A DNA stretch of 64,000 bases, taken from a virus. Its lineage: Duplodnaviria; Caudoviricetes. A model generated the notes under the pieces. The model was not told the DNA's origin, did no database searches, and saw only the letters and a program-made list of their open reading frames with translations. Location of the stretch: positions 1-64,000 of the IMG/VR virus record IMGVR_UViG_3300030372_002234; one strand, written 5' to 3'. Shown in pieces: positions 42,325 through 51,762 of the stretch. Within the stretch, counting starts at the first letter, position 1, and every line of letters begins with the position of its first letter. The position numbers and the translations under genes are program-made.

Positions 42325-42994
42325 TGGAGATATCATTGCGTATAAATTAGCGTGTAAAGTAGATGTGTACGGCGATGAGTATCTTCTCCAGAATATTAGA
42401 GAGTATGTAGCCAGTTGGACTCCTTATGAATGTGAGGACGTTGTACTAGCGTTTAGCTGTAGCCGAGAAGATAACTACCGTAGGAAGTATTGGCCTGATT
42501 ATAAAGCCCACCGAAGTAGTGTCTCTAAGCCCGACTCAATGATTGATGTCATTAACTCAATAAAGGCGTTGTATAAAATTGCTTATACTCCTCACCTAGA
42601 GGCAGACGATCTAATGGGCATGGAAGCATCTGGCGAACGAGCTATTGCTGTAACCATTGACAAAGACCTAAGGTGTACTCCGGGCTGGCACTGGAACCCT
42701 GACAAGGAATGGGAGCCTCGCTACCTTACAGTAGAGCAGGCTGATCGTTTCTTTTACAAGCAATGGCTTATGGGGGACAGTACAGATAAGATACCGGGCA
42801 TTCCTAAGGTAGGCCCAGTTAAAGCAGATAGAATACTAGAACAAAATAGCCCCGCTAATTGGGAAGCTATTGTTATGGTAGAGTATGAAAAAAGGGGCTT
42901 GACAGAGGAATATGCTCTAAGTCAGGCAACTTCAGTTAGAATTTTAAGAGATAAAGAAGAACCATGTTTATGGCAAACAAGCTGGATGGGTTAA
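42296..42994 (+). CDS. 5'-3' exonuclease (T7 gp6-like)
   Basis: LDGDII, NYRR…YKAHR, LEADDLMG, IDKDL, GDSTDKIPGIPKVG. Confidence 0.92.
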   Translation: MQMPTTAILDGDIIAYKLACKVDVYGDEYLLQNIREYVASWTPYECEDVVLAFSCSREDNYRRKYWPDYKAHRSSVSKPDSMIDVINSIKALYKIAYTPHLEADDLMGMEASGERAIAVTIDKDLRCTPGWHWNPDKEWEPRYLTVEQADRFFYKQWLMGDSTDKIPGIPKVGPVKADRILEQNSPANWEAIVMVEYEKRGLTEEYALSQATSVRILRDKEEPCLWQTSWMG

Positions 42995-43029
42995 AAAACC
43001 CAGATATTAGCTACGAAGGGATACGAACA

Positions 43030-44919
43030 ATGAATTTTTTTGGTGATTTCATCCATCAGTCTCGCTACGCAAAGTGGCGTAATGACCTCTCAAGACGAGA
43101 AACTTGGACCGAAACAGTTGATCGATACTGGAATTGGATGTGTGGTAAATTCCCCATCCTTAAAACTAGAGAGGACATTAGAGAGGCAATTCTAAAAAAG
43201 AATATTATGCCTAGTATGAGAGCAATGATGACCGCTGGTCCCGCTGCTGATAGGGATAATACCTGTACTTATAACTGTTCTTATATTGCACTAGATAGCC
43301 CTAAGGCAATGCAAGAACTTTGTTATATTCTGATGAATGGCACCGGAGTAGGATTTTCTGTTGAAGAAAGTGTAATCGATCAGTGGCCTATGGTCCCTGA
43401 GTCTATTGAAAGAATTGATGAAGTTATCGAAGTAGAGGACTCCAAAGAAGGATGGTCTATTGCTGTATATGAACTTATGATGCACCTGTACGAGGGGTGC
43501 CACCCTACGTGGGATGTCTCTAAGGTGCGGCCATCTGGGGCTAGGCTCAAGACATTTGGAGGACGAGCTTCTGGACCCGGACCTCTTGAAGATGTGTTTA
43601 GATTTATTACTAACATGTTCTATAACAAAAGAGGCAAGAAGCTTAAGCCTGTAGATGTTCACGACATTGCTTGCTCTATTGGTAATGCTATTGTTGTTGG
43701 AGGAGTGCGTAGGTCTGCTATGATCTCACTGTCGGATTTGACCGATTACGACATGGCTAAGTGTAAGTCAGGTAACTGGTGGGAGCAGGAGAGCCAGCGT
43801 TCTCTTGCTAACAACTCTGCTATTTATAATTCTAAGCCTTCAATGTCTGAGTTTCTTCAGGAGTGGGCACACCTGTACGAGTCACGTTCGGGTGAGCGTG
43901 GTATCTTTAATCGATACGGAACTCAAAAGTGTATGGAAAACACTCAAAGAGATAACAATTACAAGTTTGGTACTAACCCGTGCGGGGAGATTACTCTCCG
44001 AAGCAAGCAGTTCTGTAACCTTACAGAAGTAGTTATTAGATCAGAAGATTGTAGCATTGATATTGAAGAAAAGATTGAACAGGCTACTATCCTTGGCACA
44101 CTCCAGTCATCCCTTACGCATTTCCCTTTCTTGTCCGAAGAATGGAAAAAGAATAGCGAAGAAGAAAGATTGCTTGGAGTTTCACTAACTGGTATTTGGG
44201 ACAACCCAATTACTTATGGAAAGATTTCTATGGGACAGCTTAGGGGGCGACTTAAAAGATGGAGAGAGTTGACCCACGAGATTAACGCTGACTGGGCGCA
44301 CCGGATCGGTATTAATCCAAGTGCTGCAATTACAACGGTCAAACCCTCAGGAACCGTGTCCTGCCTTGTGGACTCTGCTTCAGGGATTCATCCGCGTTAC
44401 GCGCAGCAGTACATTAGAAGAGTTAGAATGGATATCAAAGACCCCCTAAGCACCCTCATGCTTGACCAAGGTGTCCCGCACGAACGCTGCATGAACAACC
44501 CGGACTCCACTATCATCTTCGAGTTCCCGCTTGCTGCTCCGGCCAATGCCATGACTCGCAACGAAGTCTCAGCTATGAGACACCTTGAGTTGTGGATGAC
44601 GTACAAAAAGTATTGGACTGATCACAACCCATCAGTCACAATCGAATATACAGATGATGAATACATGGAGATTGGTGATTGGGTTTATCGTAACTTCGAT
44701 GACATCCAAGGAATTTCTTTCCTACCAAAAACAGAACATGTTTACAAGCAAGCTCCTTTTGAGCCAATTGATAATGTTGCCTATCTAGTAAGATGCGATA
44801 AAATGCCCATGATTAAATGGTCAAAGCTTTCTGAATACGAGCTTGAAGATACTACCAAAGCAAGTCAAACACTTGCCTGTACAGGCGGTGCTTGCGAACT
44901 TGTAGACTTAACCGATTAG
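43030..44919 (+). CDS. nrdJ: Class II (adenosylcobalamin-dependent) ribonucleotide reductase
   Basis: RRETW…DRY, PSMRAMMTAG, YNCSY, GTGVGFS, GGVRRSA, TNPCGEI, CNLTE, KPSGTVS, C-terminal CTGGAC; no small subunit gene present. Confidence 0.92.
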   Translation: MNFFGDFIHQSRYAKWRNDLSRRETWTETVDRYWNWMCGKFPILKTREDIREAILKKNIMPSMRAMMTAGPAADRDNTCTYNCSYIALDSPKAMQELCYILMNGTGVGFSVEESVIDQWPMVPESIERIDEVIEVEDSKEGWSIAVYELMMHLYEGCHPTWDVSKVRPSGARLKTFGGRASGPGPLEDVFRFITNMFYNKRGKKLKPVDVHDIACSIGNAIVVGGVRRSAMISLSDLTDYDMAKCKSGNWWEQESQRSLANNSAIYNSKPSMSEFLQEWAHLYESRSGERGIFNRYGTQKCMENTQRDNNYKFGTNPCGEITLRSKQFCNLTEVVIRSEDCSIDIEEKIEQATILGTLQSSLTHFPFLSEEWKKNSEEERLLGVSLTGIWDNPITYGKISMGQLRGRLKRWRELTHEINADWAHRIGINPSAAITTVKPSGTVSCLVDSASGIHPRYAQQYIRRVRMDIKDPLSTLMLDQGVPHERCMNNPDSTIIFEFPLAAPANAMTRNEVSAMRHLELWMTYKKYWTDHNPSVTIEYTDDEYMEIGDWVYRNFDDIQGISFLPKTEHVYKQAPFEPIDNVAYLVRCDKMPMIKWSKLSEYELEDTTKASQTLACTGGACELVDLTD

Positions 44920-44927
44920 GAGAACGA

Positions 44928-45179
44928 ATGCATAATATTGAACAAGTAATTAGAAGACTCAGATTAAGCGGGAGTGGCATCTCAGCTACACCCGGCGAAA
45001 TTAGAATGCTTTTTATTTATTTACTTAAAAAAGTAGAGGACTTAGAAAATGAAATTTCCTTATATAGATCCGAAACTTGTGGAACAACTGGAGAAGTTGT
45101 TTCCCCCACTGGACCTAAACTTAGAGGACGCGGAAGACCCAAAACTGAATCTAAAGGTAGCTCATCGAGCGGGAGCTAG
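44928..45179 (+). CDS. Small protein with an AT-hook-like motif
   Basis: AGGAG RBS; KLRGRGRPK near the C-terminus. Confidence 0.55.
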   Translation: MHNIEQVIRRLRLSGSGISATPGEIRMLFIYLLKKVEDLENEISLYRSETCGTTGEVVSPTGPKLRGRGRPKTESKGSSSSGS

Positions 45180-45234
45180 GGAATTAATTTTAAAACTTAA
45201 AGGAATTTCTGAACAGCAGAACAGGAGGCAGTAA
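45049..45234 (+). CDS. Small conserved podovirus protein (gp6.5-like position)
   Basis: P…LVEQLEKLFP…GARELI pattern and position before the head genes. Confidence 0.55.
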   Translation: MKFPYIDPKLVEQLEKLFPPLDLNLEDAEDPKLNLKVAHRAGARELILKLKGISEQQNRRQ

Positions 45235-46488
45235 ATGTTGACATTTACAGGAGGTTATTTAGACGATTTGGGCGATCCTGAGCAAGTAGAAAGTATGCAA
45301 GCTCAAGGAGTTGCAGACTACCAATTTGAAAACGTCTTAGAACGATACGCAAGTCAAGCATGGGCTGGCGGTGAAGGCGAAGGACTACCAGATTGGCTAG
45401 GAAGTTCTAATAATAACGCAACTAATGCCTTTGCTGCTGTCAATGCTGCTTTTGGTAATTGGACAGGTAGAATGACCGGGGCTACGGAAAACATTAACAC
45501 ACAGTTTTACAATCAATTAGGCGGTCTTAAAATTGATGACGGTGGTTATTTAGAAGCTTCTTCGGCAGCTTTAGAAAAAATGACTCAAAATGTTGATGAA
45601 GCTACTCGCTTGCTTGGACAAAAACAAAATACAATTAGAACTATTGGTGATTTGCATAAAGTCTATAAAAAAGATAAGCAAAAAAGAGAACGAGCTATTA
45701 AAGCCCTTGAAATGGAAACGCCTGAAACAGGGCAAACAATCTCTTATCGAGATCCTCTTACAGGAAAACGAGTAACTCATAATGTTGGAGGAGAATTCTC
45801 GGCTGAAAATAGAATGGGTGTTCGGAATACAGATGCTTATGGTCAAGCTAGAGAATGGATTGCAAATAGAATTAACCAACAGCAAGAAGCATACCACGAT
45901 ATGGTTTTAACAGAAGACTGGATTCGTGATAATCAAATGAGTGATTGGCAAAGTCGAGAATGGGGTGGACAAACCCAATATCTTTTAAATACAAACCCCA
46001 CTACTGATCAAGAAACATGGGGCACTTACGAGGAGATGTTAAACCTACAGACAAGCCGAAATTCAAATACCGACCAATGGTCCCATATTGCTCTTAACGA
46101 ATTTTTTGGTGGTAATGACATTACCTTAAAATTCTTTAGAAACCAAAACGACGAAATGGATGTTTCAAGCCAAGCGTGGTCAACTACTCAAAATTTATAT
46201 GATGCTTTTGCTTCAATTGCTAGCTCTACTTACGGTAATTTATATGACGCTGGGTTTAATACAGTCGGGCAATCTATGTTAGCTTCAGAGTTAACAGGTA
46301 AAAGTGTTCAAGACGCAGAAGAAACTATGACAGCCCAATCTTTTAAAGCGCAAGATCAACAAAAAGCTTTGCGTAAATCGCTTAAACAAGCTAATGAATT
46401 ATTCCAAAAAACAAAAGGTAAACTCCGTAAAAACGACAAACAACCTAAAGCTAGGTTCGGAGGATTTAGAAAGGATACCCCAGCATGA
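45235..46488 (+). CDS. Hypothetical (probably virion) protein, 417 aa
   Basis: ORF with GGAGG RBS upstream of the portal cluster. Confidence 0.65.
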   Translation: MLTFTGGYLDDLGDPEQVESMQAQGVADYQFENVLERYASQAWAGGEGEGLPDWLGSSNNNATNAFAAVNAAFGNWTGRMTGATENINTQFYNQLGGLKIDDGGYLEASSAALEKMTQNVDEATRLLGQKQNTIRTIGDLHKVYKKDKQKRERAIKALEMETPETGQTISYRDPLTGKRVTHNVGGEFSAENRMGVRNTDAYGQAREWIANRINQQQEAYHDMVLTEDWIRDNQMSDWQSREWGGQTQYLLNTNPTTDQETWGTYEEMLNLQTSRNSNTDQWSHIALNEFFGGNDITLKFFRNQNDEMDVSSQAWSTTQNLYDAFASIASSTYGNLYDAGFNTVGQSMLASELTGKSVQDAEETMTAQSFKAQDQQKALRKSLKQANELFQKTKGKLRKNDKQPKARFGGFRKDTPA

Positions 46489-46964
46489 TGATTCCACCCG
46501 GAAAACTCAACGGGTCTTTACCCGGACCTTATTATTTCGGCGGCGGTAGTTATACAGCCCCACAAATTGATATGGATGCCCAGCTTCGTAACGCTCAGGC
46601 TTCAGCAGGATTTGCTAGAGAACAGTCAGAACTTGCTCACGCCCAAGCTTTAGAAATGGAAGCTACTCGTAACGCTTACGCTAGTGCTATTTCTGAACGA
46701 GAGCAGCAAAACGAAGCCCAGTTGGCAGCACAGCAGCAGTCTATGGAAGATATGCTTAGTGATGTTCAGGCTGGAGTAGAAGAAGAGGAAGAAGAAGGCA
46801 TTACTAGTGTTAACTTCTTTACATCATTAATGAATGCCATGCAGGGCGGTACAGGCACCGCTATGCCCGGTATGGGTGGGCCTATGGCTGGTGACGATGG
46901 TTCCGGTCCAACTATGACCGCTGACACAGGTGCCCAGCCTTATAGCGGCGCGAGGCCCGTTTAA
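46485..46964 (+). CDS. Hypothetical virion/assembly protein (gp7.3-like position)
   Basis: Ala/Gln/Gly-rich, immediately before the portal gene with TAATG coupling. Confidence 0.55.
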   Translation: MMIPPGKLNGSLPGPYYFGGGSYTAPQIDMDAQLRNAQASAGFAREQSELAHAQALEMEATRNAYASAISEREQQNEAQLAAQQQSMEDMLSDVQAGVEEEEEEGITSVNFFTSLMNAMQGGTGTAMPGMGGPMAGDDGSGPTMTADTGAQPYSGARPV

Positions 46965-48526
46965 TGAGTATTCCTCCCGAAGGAAGTATTTACGAGCGTT
47001 TTAGATTATTAGATACAAATAGAACAAGTAAATTAGACAGAGCGCGTGATTGCTCTATGCTTACTATTCCGTCTGTATTACCTCCAGAAGAATGGACAGA
47101 GCAAGATGCTTTAGTCCAACCCAGTTCTTCAATGCCTGCAAGAGGGGTGACTAATCTTGCCTCCCGTATGCTTTCAGCTTTAATTCCTTTAAATGATTTA
47201 CCGTTCTTCCAGTTTGAAGTTAAAACTGGCGAAGAGCTTGACCCTAAAGTTGGTGCTTTTTTAGATGTTATTGCTAATCAAGTTTACACTAAAATTATTG
47301 GCGGCAACTTTAGAGAAACTGTTTTTACAGCTTTGCAGCATCTCATTATTACAGGTGATGTTATGGTTGTAATGGAAGATGATTTTGATTTTAGAATTAT
47401 TCGACAAGATCACTACGTAATCCGTCGAGATATTGTTGGAAATCCTGTTGAAATTATTCATTTAGAATTTGTTGCCGATGATTCTAACGAACCGGCTTTA
47501 GATCAATACGATAGTTCTAATGTCTATGGACGCAAAGGCTATAAAACCCAGTTTGTTAGATTAACCTATAACGAAACAGATAATAATTGGAACGTCAGAA
47601 GAGAAGACACTAACGGTACTGTACTTGATGATGGTACTTATACCGTATTACCTTATTCATGTTTAAGATGGACTGCTATCCCCGGAGAAAATTACGGTCG
47701 ATCTCATTGTGAAGAGATTTACGGTGACATTCAAACTTTAGAATCTTATACTCAGGCTATGCTTGAGGGTATGGCAGCTTCTAGTGCATTCTGGATTGGA
47801 GTTAATCCAGCAGGTGTAACTAATATTGAAGATGTCGCAGGTCGAGATAACGGTTCGTATATTTCAGCTAGACGAGAAGATATTTTTACTATTTCACCTT
47901 CTGATACCCTTAATCCTCAAATTCAATCTGTATCAGCGGCTGTTGAAACTATGCGTAGAGAAGTGTCTACGTCATTTTTAATGTCAGCAGGAGCTATTCC
48001 TTCTGGTGATCGTGTTACCGCTACGGCTGTTCGTATGATTGGCTCTGAATTAGAGACAGTTCTCGGAGGAGCTTTCTCTTCTATTGCTAGAGACATGATG
48101 CAGCCTATTGTTGAAAGAGCAGTATTTTTAATGATTGATCAACGATTAATTGATCCTAGATTAGCACAGCAATTCTCAGATGAAGGCGTGCTTTCTGTTG
48201 AAATTATTACAGGTCTTCAGGCTCTTTCTAGAGATTCTGATTTAACTAAACTTATTCAAATGGGTGAAATGGTGCGTAACCTTCCGCCCGAATCGTTGGC
48301 AACCTTTAAATGGGATGCTTATACAACAGCACTTATTACTGCTCTTGGTCTTGATCCAGCTAACTGGGTGAAGTCTGAACAGGAAGTGCAGCAAGAACAG
48401 CAGGCTGCTATGGCACAGCAAATGGCTATGCAGTCAGAACAGCAAGCTGCCCAGATGGGTATGCAAGCTGCTACAGGTCTTGCAGAACAGGCTATTGGTG
48501 GCATGATGTCGCCGGGAACCGCATAA
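46964..48526 (+). CDS. Portal (head-tail connector, T7 gp8-like)
   Basis: GARGVTNL-like PARGVTNLASRM, GENYGRS, RVTATAVR…ELETVLGG, Gln-rich tail. Confidence 0.95.
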   Translation: MSIPPEGSIYERFRLLDTNRTSKLDRARDCSMLTIPSVLPPEEWTEQDALVQPSSSMPARGVTNLASRMLSALIPLNDLPFFQFEVKTGEELDPKVGAFLDVIANQVYTKIIGGNFRETVFTALQHLIITGDVMVVMEDDFDFRIIRQDHYVIRRDIVGNPVEIIHLEFVADDSNEPALDQYDSSNVYGRKGYKTQFVRLTYNETDNNWNVRREDTNGTVLDDGTYTVLPYSCLRWTAIPGENYGRSHCEEIYGDIQTLESYTQAMLEGMAASSAFWIGVNPAGVTNIEDVAGRDNGSYISARREDIFTISPSDTLNPQIQSVSAAVETMRREVSTSFLMSAGAIPSGDRVTATAVRMIGSELETVLGGAFSSIARDMMQPIVERAVFLMIDQRLIDPRLAQQFSDEGVLSVEIITGLQALSRDSDLTKLIQMGEMVRNLPPESLATFKWDAYTTALITALGLDPANWVKSEQEVQQEQQAAMAQQMAMQSEQQAAQMGMQAATGLAEQAIGGMMSPGTA

Positions 48527-48544
48527 CATGGAGAACGAATTAAT

Positions 48545-49429
48545 ATGTCCGAAGAAATTACCACTCAACCCGTAGATAACTCTACGCCTACTACTGAAAC
48601 CCCCGCTCCGGCGGAGGTAACGTTACAGCCCGGTACTCCCGAATACGATGCAGCTATGGCTGCTCGGGGTACGGCGGAGCAAGCTGTTCAAACGACGGCT
48701 GTTCCCGAAAAGTTCCAACGAGAAGATGGAACGGTAGATATGGAAGCTCTTGCTAAAAGCTATGCAGAACTTGAAAAACAGTTCCATGCTCCCAAAGAAG
48801 AAGCTCCTCCTATTCCTACCGAAGAAGCTCCTAAGGAGTTTCGTATTCCATCTCCTCAGGACGAAGTAGAAAGCGAAGAGCCTGCGGTTAAAAGTGAGCT
48901 AACTCAAGAAGATTACAATAATTGGGGTAATGAGTTAGCATCTAAAGGTGAGTTTTCAGAAGCTACTATTGCTGAGATTAAGAGTAAAACCAATTTTACA
49001 GATCAAATGATTAACGATTGGACTCTCGGTCAGAAAGCAAAACAGAAAGAAGCTTTTGTTCAAGCCTCCCAATTAGTAGGGGGAGAAGAAAGACTAGGTG
49101 CCATGTTTAATTGGGCAGCAAATAACCTTCCAAGAGATCAACAGGAAATTGTTAATCAAAGGCTTGCTGGTCCCGATTACGAGGTCACTTTATACGGTCT
49201 TGCTTCTATGTACGATAAAGCGATGGCTGCTGCACCTAAGGCGCAGGAGCCGGTTCCTCCGCAGAATCGTGCCCCCAACCCGGCTGGGCGTTCCACCGTG
49301 GAAGGTTTTACTTCCTACGGTGAGTTCACTCAGGCAAGATCAGATCCCCGATACATGCAAGATGCTAATTATCGGAATGCTGTAGAGGAACGTATGGTGA
49401 AGACTGATTGGCAGAGTCTTCCACGTTGA
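48545..49429 (+). CDS. Capsid scaffolding protein (gp9-like)
   Basis: VPEKF…LAKSYAELEK, VGGEE…WAANNL, DPRY…YRNAVEER. Confidence 0.9.
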   Translation: MSEEITTQPVDNSTPTTETPAPAEVTLQPGTPEYDAAMAARGTAEQAVQTTAVPEKFQREDGTVDMEALAKSYAELEKQFHAPKEEAPPIPTEEAPKEFRIPSPQDEVESEEPAVKSELTQEDYNNWGNELASKGEFSEATIAEIKSKTNFTDQMINDWTLGQKAKQKEAFVQASQLVGGEERLGAMFNWAANNLPRDQQEIVNQRLAGPDYEVTLYGLASMYDKAMAAAPKAQEPVPPQNRAPNPAGRSTVEGFTSYGEFTQARSDPRYMQDANYRNAVEERMVKTDWQSLPR

Positions 49430-49579
49430 GAAAGCGGTTTAACTAAACAGAGATGTTTATAATAACCGTGGGATTAACAAGCTAATGTTGAACCCGAAAG
49501 GATAATTCAACCATTGACTATTGCTGTAATTAAATTTTTTTATTATTAAACAATTACTCAATTCTCAAGGAGAATTATT

Positions 49580-50947
49580 ATGTCTTATATTGCAAATACT
49601 CCCGCTTTTGGCGGTACTGGATCACCTAATGTGACTCCGGCTAATAACACCCTTACTTCGCAGCCCTTCCGTACCCAGATGGCTGCTGCTACTTCCGGCG
49701 GTGCAGCCGGTGCTAACAAACTTTGGCTTCCTATTTGGTCTGGCGAAGTGATGTATGCTTACGATCAGTACCGCATGTTTGAACCCCTTGTCGAATCTCG
49801 TACTATTAGTTCGGGTCGGTCGATGGAGTTCCCAATCATGGGTGCTGCTGCTCTTAAACCTGCATGGTTTGCTGGTGAAGAGTTAATTGGTAACAGCAAC
49901 GATCACGCAAGCACGACCTTTGCGATTAGCCTTGACGCTCGTCCCATTGCATCGTACTTTGAAGTTGATAACATCGACCTCATGATTACGCAGTGGCAGT
50001 ATCGTCAGGAACTGGCCCGTCAGGTTGGTCAGACTCTGGCTAACGCCCGTGACCTTCAGATCGCAGCTTACCTTGTTCGTGCAGGTGCTGAGTCTCTGAT
50101 TGGTACTGACCCCCGTCTTGAAGACGGTAATGACTGGACCAAGAGTCTTAAAGGGTCGCCCCGTTACTACGGTAAATTTAGTACTAAGTTTGAGTACCTT
50201 GATTCTGATACCGCTAGCGAAGCTAATCGTGCCGATGGTGCGCTTGCTCTGCTTGCTGCTATCGAAGACTTTATGGTCCACCTTCAGGAAATCAACGCTG
50301 ACACCAGCATGGTTTTCTGCGCTGTGACCCCGCAGACCTTCCACGACATCCGTGCCCTCGGCGTTGCCCGAGACACTGGTGACCTTGGTGGTGGTGCTGG
50401 CCGTCCGTTCTTCGGTGGTGTTGCTGACGCTGGTGGTCTTGGTACTGGTCTTAGTAACGCTATGGCTGGACTCTCGGACTCTCTTGAGTACATGAGTTGC
50501 CGTATCGTTAAGACTAACCATCTTCCTAACTGGGATGCTAGGGACACTACGCCTTCTGACGGAGGGTCGCCCGCTGCTCCTACTTATCCTTACCAGAAGC
50601 AGGTTATCGGTGAAGGTCGTTATAACCTTGACTTTGCTATGGGTCAGGGTGTGGTTGCTCGCAATGATTCCACCGATGGCGTGATTGGTATTAAGGCTAT
50701 TATCTGGCAGAACAAGTCCGTGGCTGCTCTGTCGCTTCAGGGTATGAAGGTTGATTCGGTGGAAGATGTCCGTCGTAACACCAACTTTACTGTTGCTTCG
50801 ATGATGGCTGGCACCGGCGTTCTGCGTCCTGAGTGTGCTTCCATTGTCTTCGGCGGTGGTAAGACCGATGGTACGGCAACGCTTAGTGACACTGAAATTC
50901 GTACCGCTCTGGGTATGACTGCGGAGTACGTTGTTACTCCGGGCTAA
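49580..50947 (+). CDS. Major capsid protein (gp10-like)
   Basis: LWLPIWSGEV, RTISSGRSMEFP, YRQELARQVGQTLANARD, GTGVLRPECA. Confidence 0.93.
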   Translation: MSYIANTPAFGGTGSPNVTPANNTLTSQPFRTQMAAATSGGAAGANKLWLPIWSGEVMYAYDQYRMFEPLVESRTISSGRSMEFPIMGAAALKPAWFAGEELIGNSNDHASTTFAISLDARPIASYFEVDNIDLMITQWQYRQELARQVGQTLANARDLQIAAYLVRAGAESLIGTDPRLEDGNDWTKSLKGSPRYYGKFSTKFEYLDSDTASEANRADGALALLAAIEDFMVHLQEINADTSMVFCAVTPQTFHDIRALGVARDTGDLGGGAGRPFFGGVADAGGLGTGLSNAMAGLSDSLEYMSCRIVKTNHLPNWDARDTTPSDGGSPAAPTYPYQKQVIGEGRYNLDFAMGQGVVARNDSTDGVIGIKAIIWQNKSVAALSLQGMKVDSVEDVRRNTNFTVASMMAGTGVLRPECASIVFGGGKTDGTATLSDTEIRTALGMTAEYVVTPG

Positions 50948-51050
50948 TTAAAATAGGATCTTTTGGAGGATATTTTTATGTCTTACAAACTCTTTTGAAA
51001 GAGGTGATCCTATCTCGGCAGCAGGAGTTGTCGTTACCTGCAAAACTATC

Positions 51051-51089
51051 GCCGTGGCCCCCGAAGGGGGGCTGCGGTGTTTTTTCTTT
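51051..51089 (+). terminator. Intrinsic terminator after the capsid gene (T-phi analogue)
   Basis: GCCGTGGCCCCC-GAAG-GGGGGCTGCGGT stem followed by GTTTTTTCTTT. Confidence 0.85.
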
Positions 51090-51103
51090 GAGAGGAGATT
51101 ATT

Positions 51104-51751
51104 ATGGGTTATATGACCAGACTTGATGCTGTAAATCAAATGTTGATTTCAGCCGGAGAAGGAATTGTTAGTGACTTAGAAAACAAAAGTGGTGTTGATA
51201 CCTCTGTTTGTGAATTTATGTTAGAACAAAAAATTGTTGATTATCAGATGCGTGGGTTAGCTAATAACCAACAGCAGCAGACTTATGAAACATCAGATAA
51301 AGATAAAACAATTGAACTTCCTAATAATGTTTTAAGTGGCTGGCTTATTTCAACCCATACAAACTCAAAAGGCGATCAGATTCGCGGTACTGTAAGAGGA
51401 GCTAACCCGCCATATCTTTATAACTTGACTGATAATACAAAAGAATGGGAAAATAACGTAGAGTACAAAGTTTATTTAGTACTTAAATTTGACTGGGAAG
51501 ACATGGATACAAATGTTCAAAAAGCTATTGTTATGCAAGCAGCTAGAGAATATCAAATGTTATCTCAGGGTGACGGAGATGTAGATAGTTATTTAGCTCA
51601 ATTATCGATGTATTACGACAGTCAGGCAAAAGGTTCTGACAACTCTCAAAAACGATATAATATTTTTTCGGGTCCAGAATCGTCTGTTACAGGAGCCGTT
51701 AACAGAAATAGAACTTGGAACTATAACCGATATAGATACCCCACTACTTAA
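51104..51751 (+). CDS. Tail tubular protein A (gp11-like)
   Basis: TRLDAVNQMLISAGE N-terminus, YLYNLTDNT, AIVMQAAREYQ. Confidence 0.9.
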   Translation: MGYMTRLDAVNQMLISAGEGIVSDLENKSGVDTSVCEFMLEQKIVDYQMRGLANNQQQQTYETSDKDKTIELPNNVLSGWLISTHTNSKGDQIRGTVRGANPPYLYNLTDNTKEWENNVEYKVYLVLKFDWEDMDTNVQKAIVMQAAREYQMLSQGDGDVDSYLAQLSMYYDSQAKGSDNSQKRYNIFSGPESSVTGAVNRNRTWNYNRYRYPTT

Positions 51752-51762
51752 GGAGTTATTAA

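Noticed and set aside
32024-44919. Introns, inteins or homing endonucleases in RNAP, helicase, DNA polymerase, NrdJ or TerL
   Set aside because: The ORFs are uninterrupted, of normal length, and show no C/S…HN intein or LAGLIDADG/HNH signatures.
50900-50947. T7 gp10B-type -1 frameshift at the capsid gene end
   Set aside because: No slippery heptamer is visible and there is no long downstream frame before the terminator.
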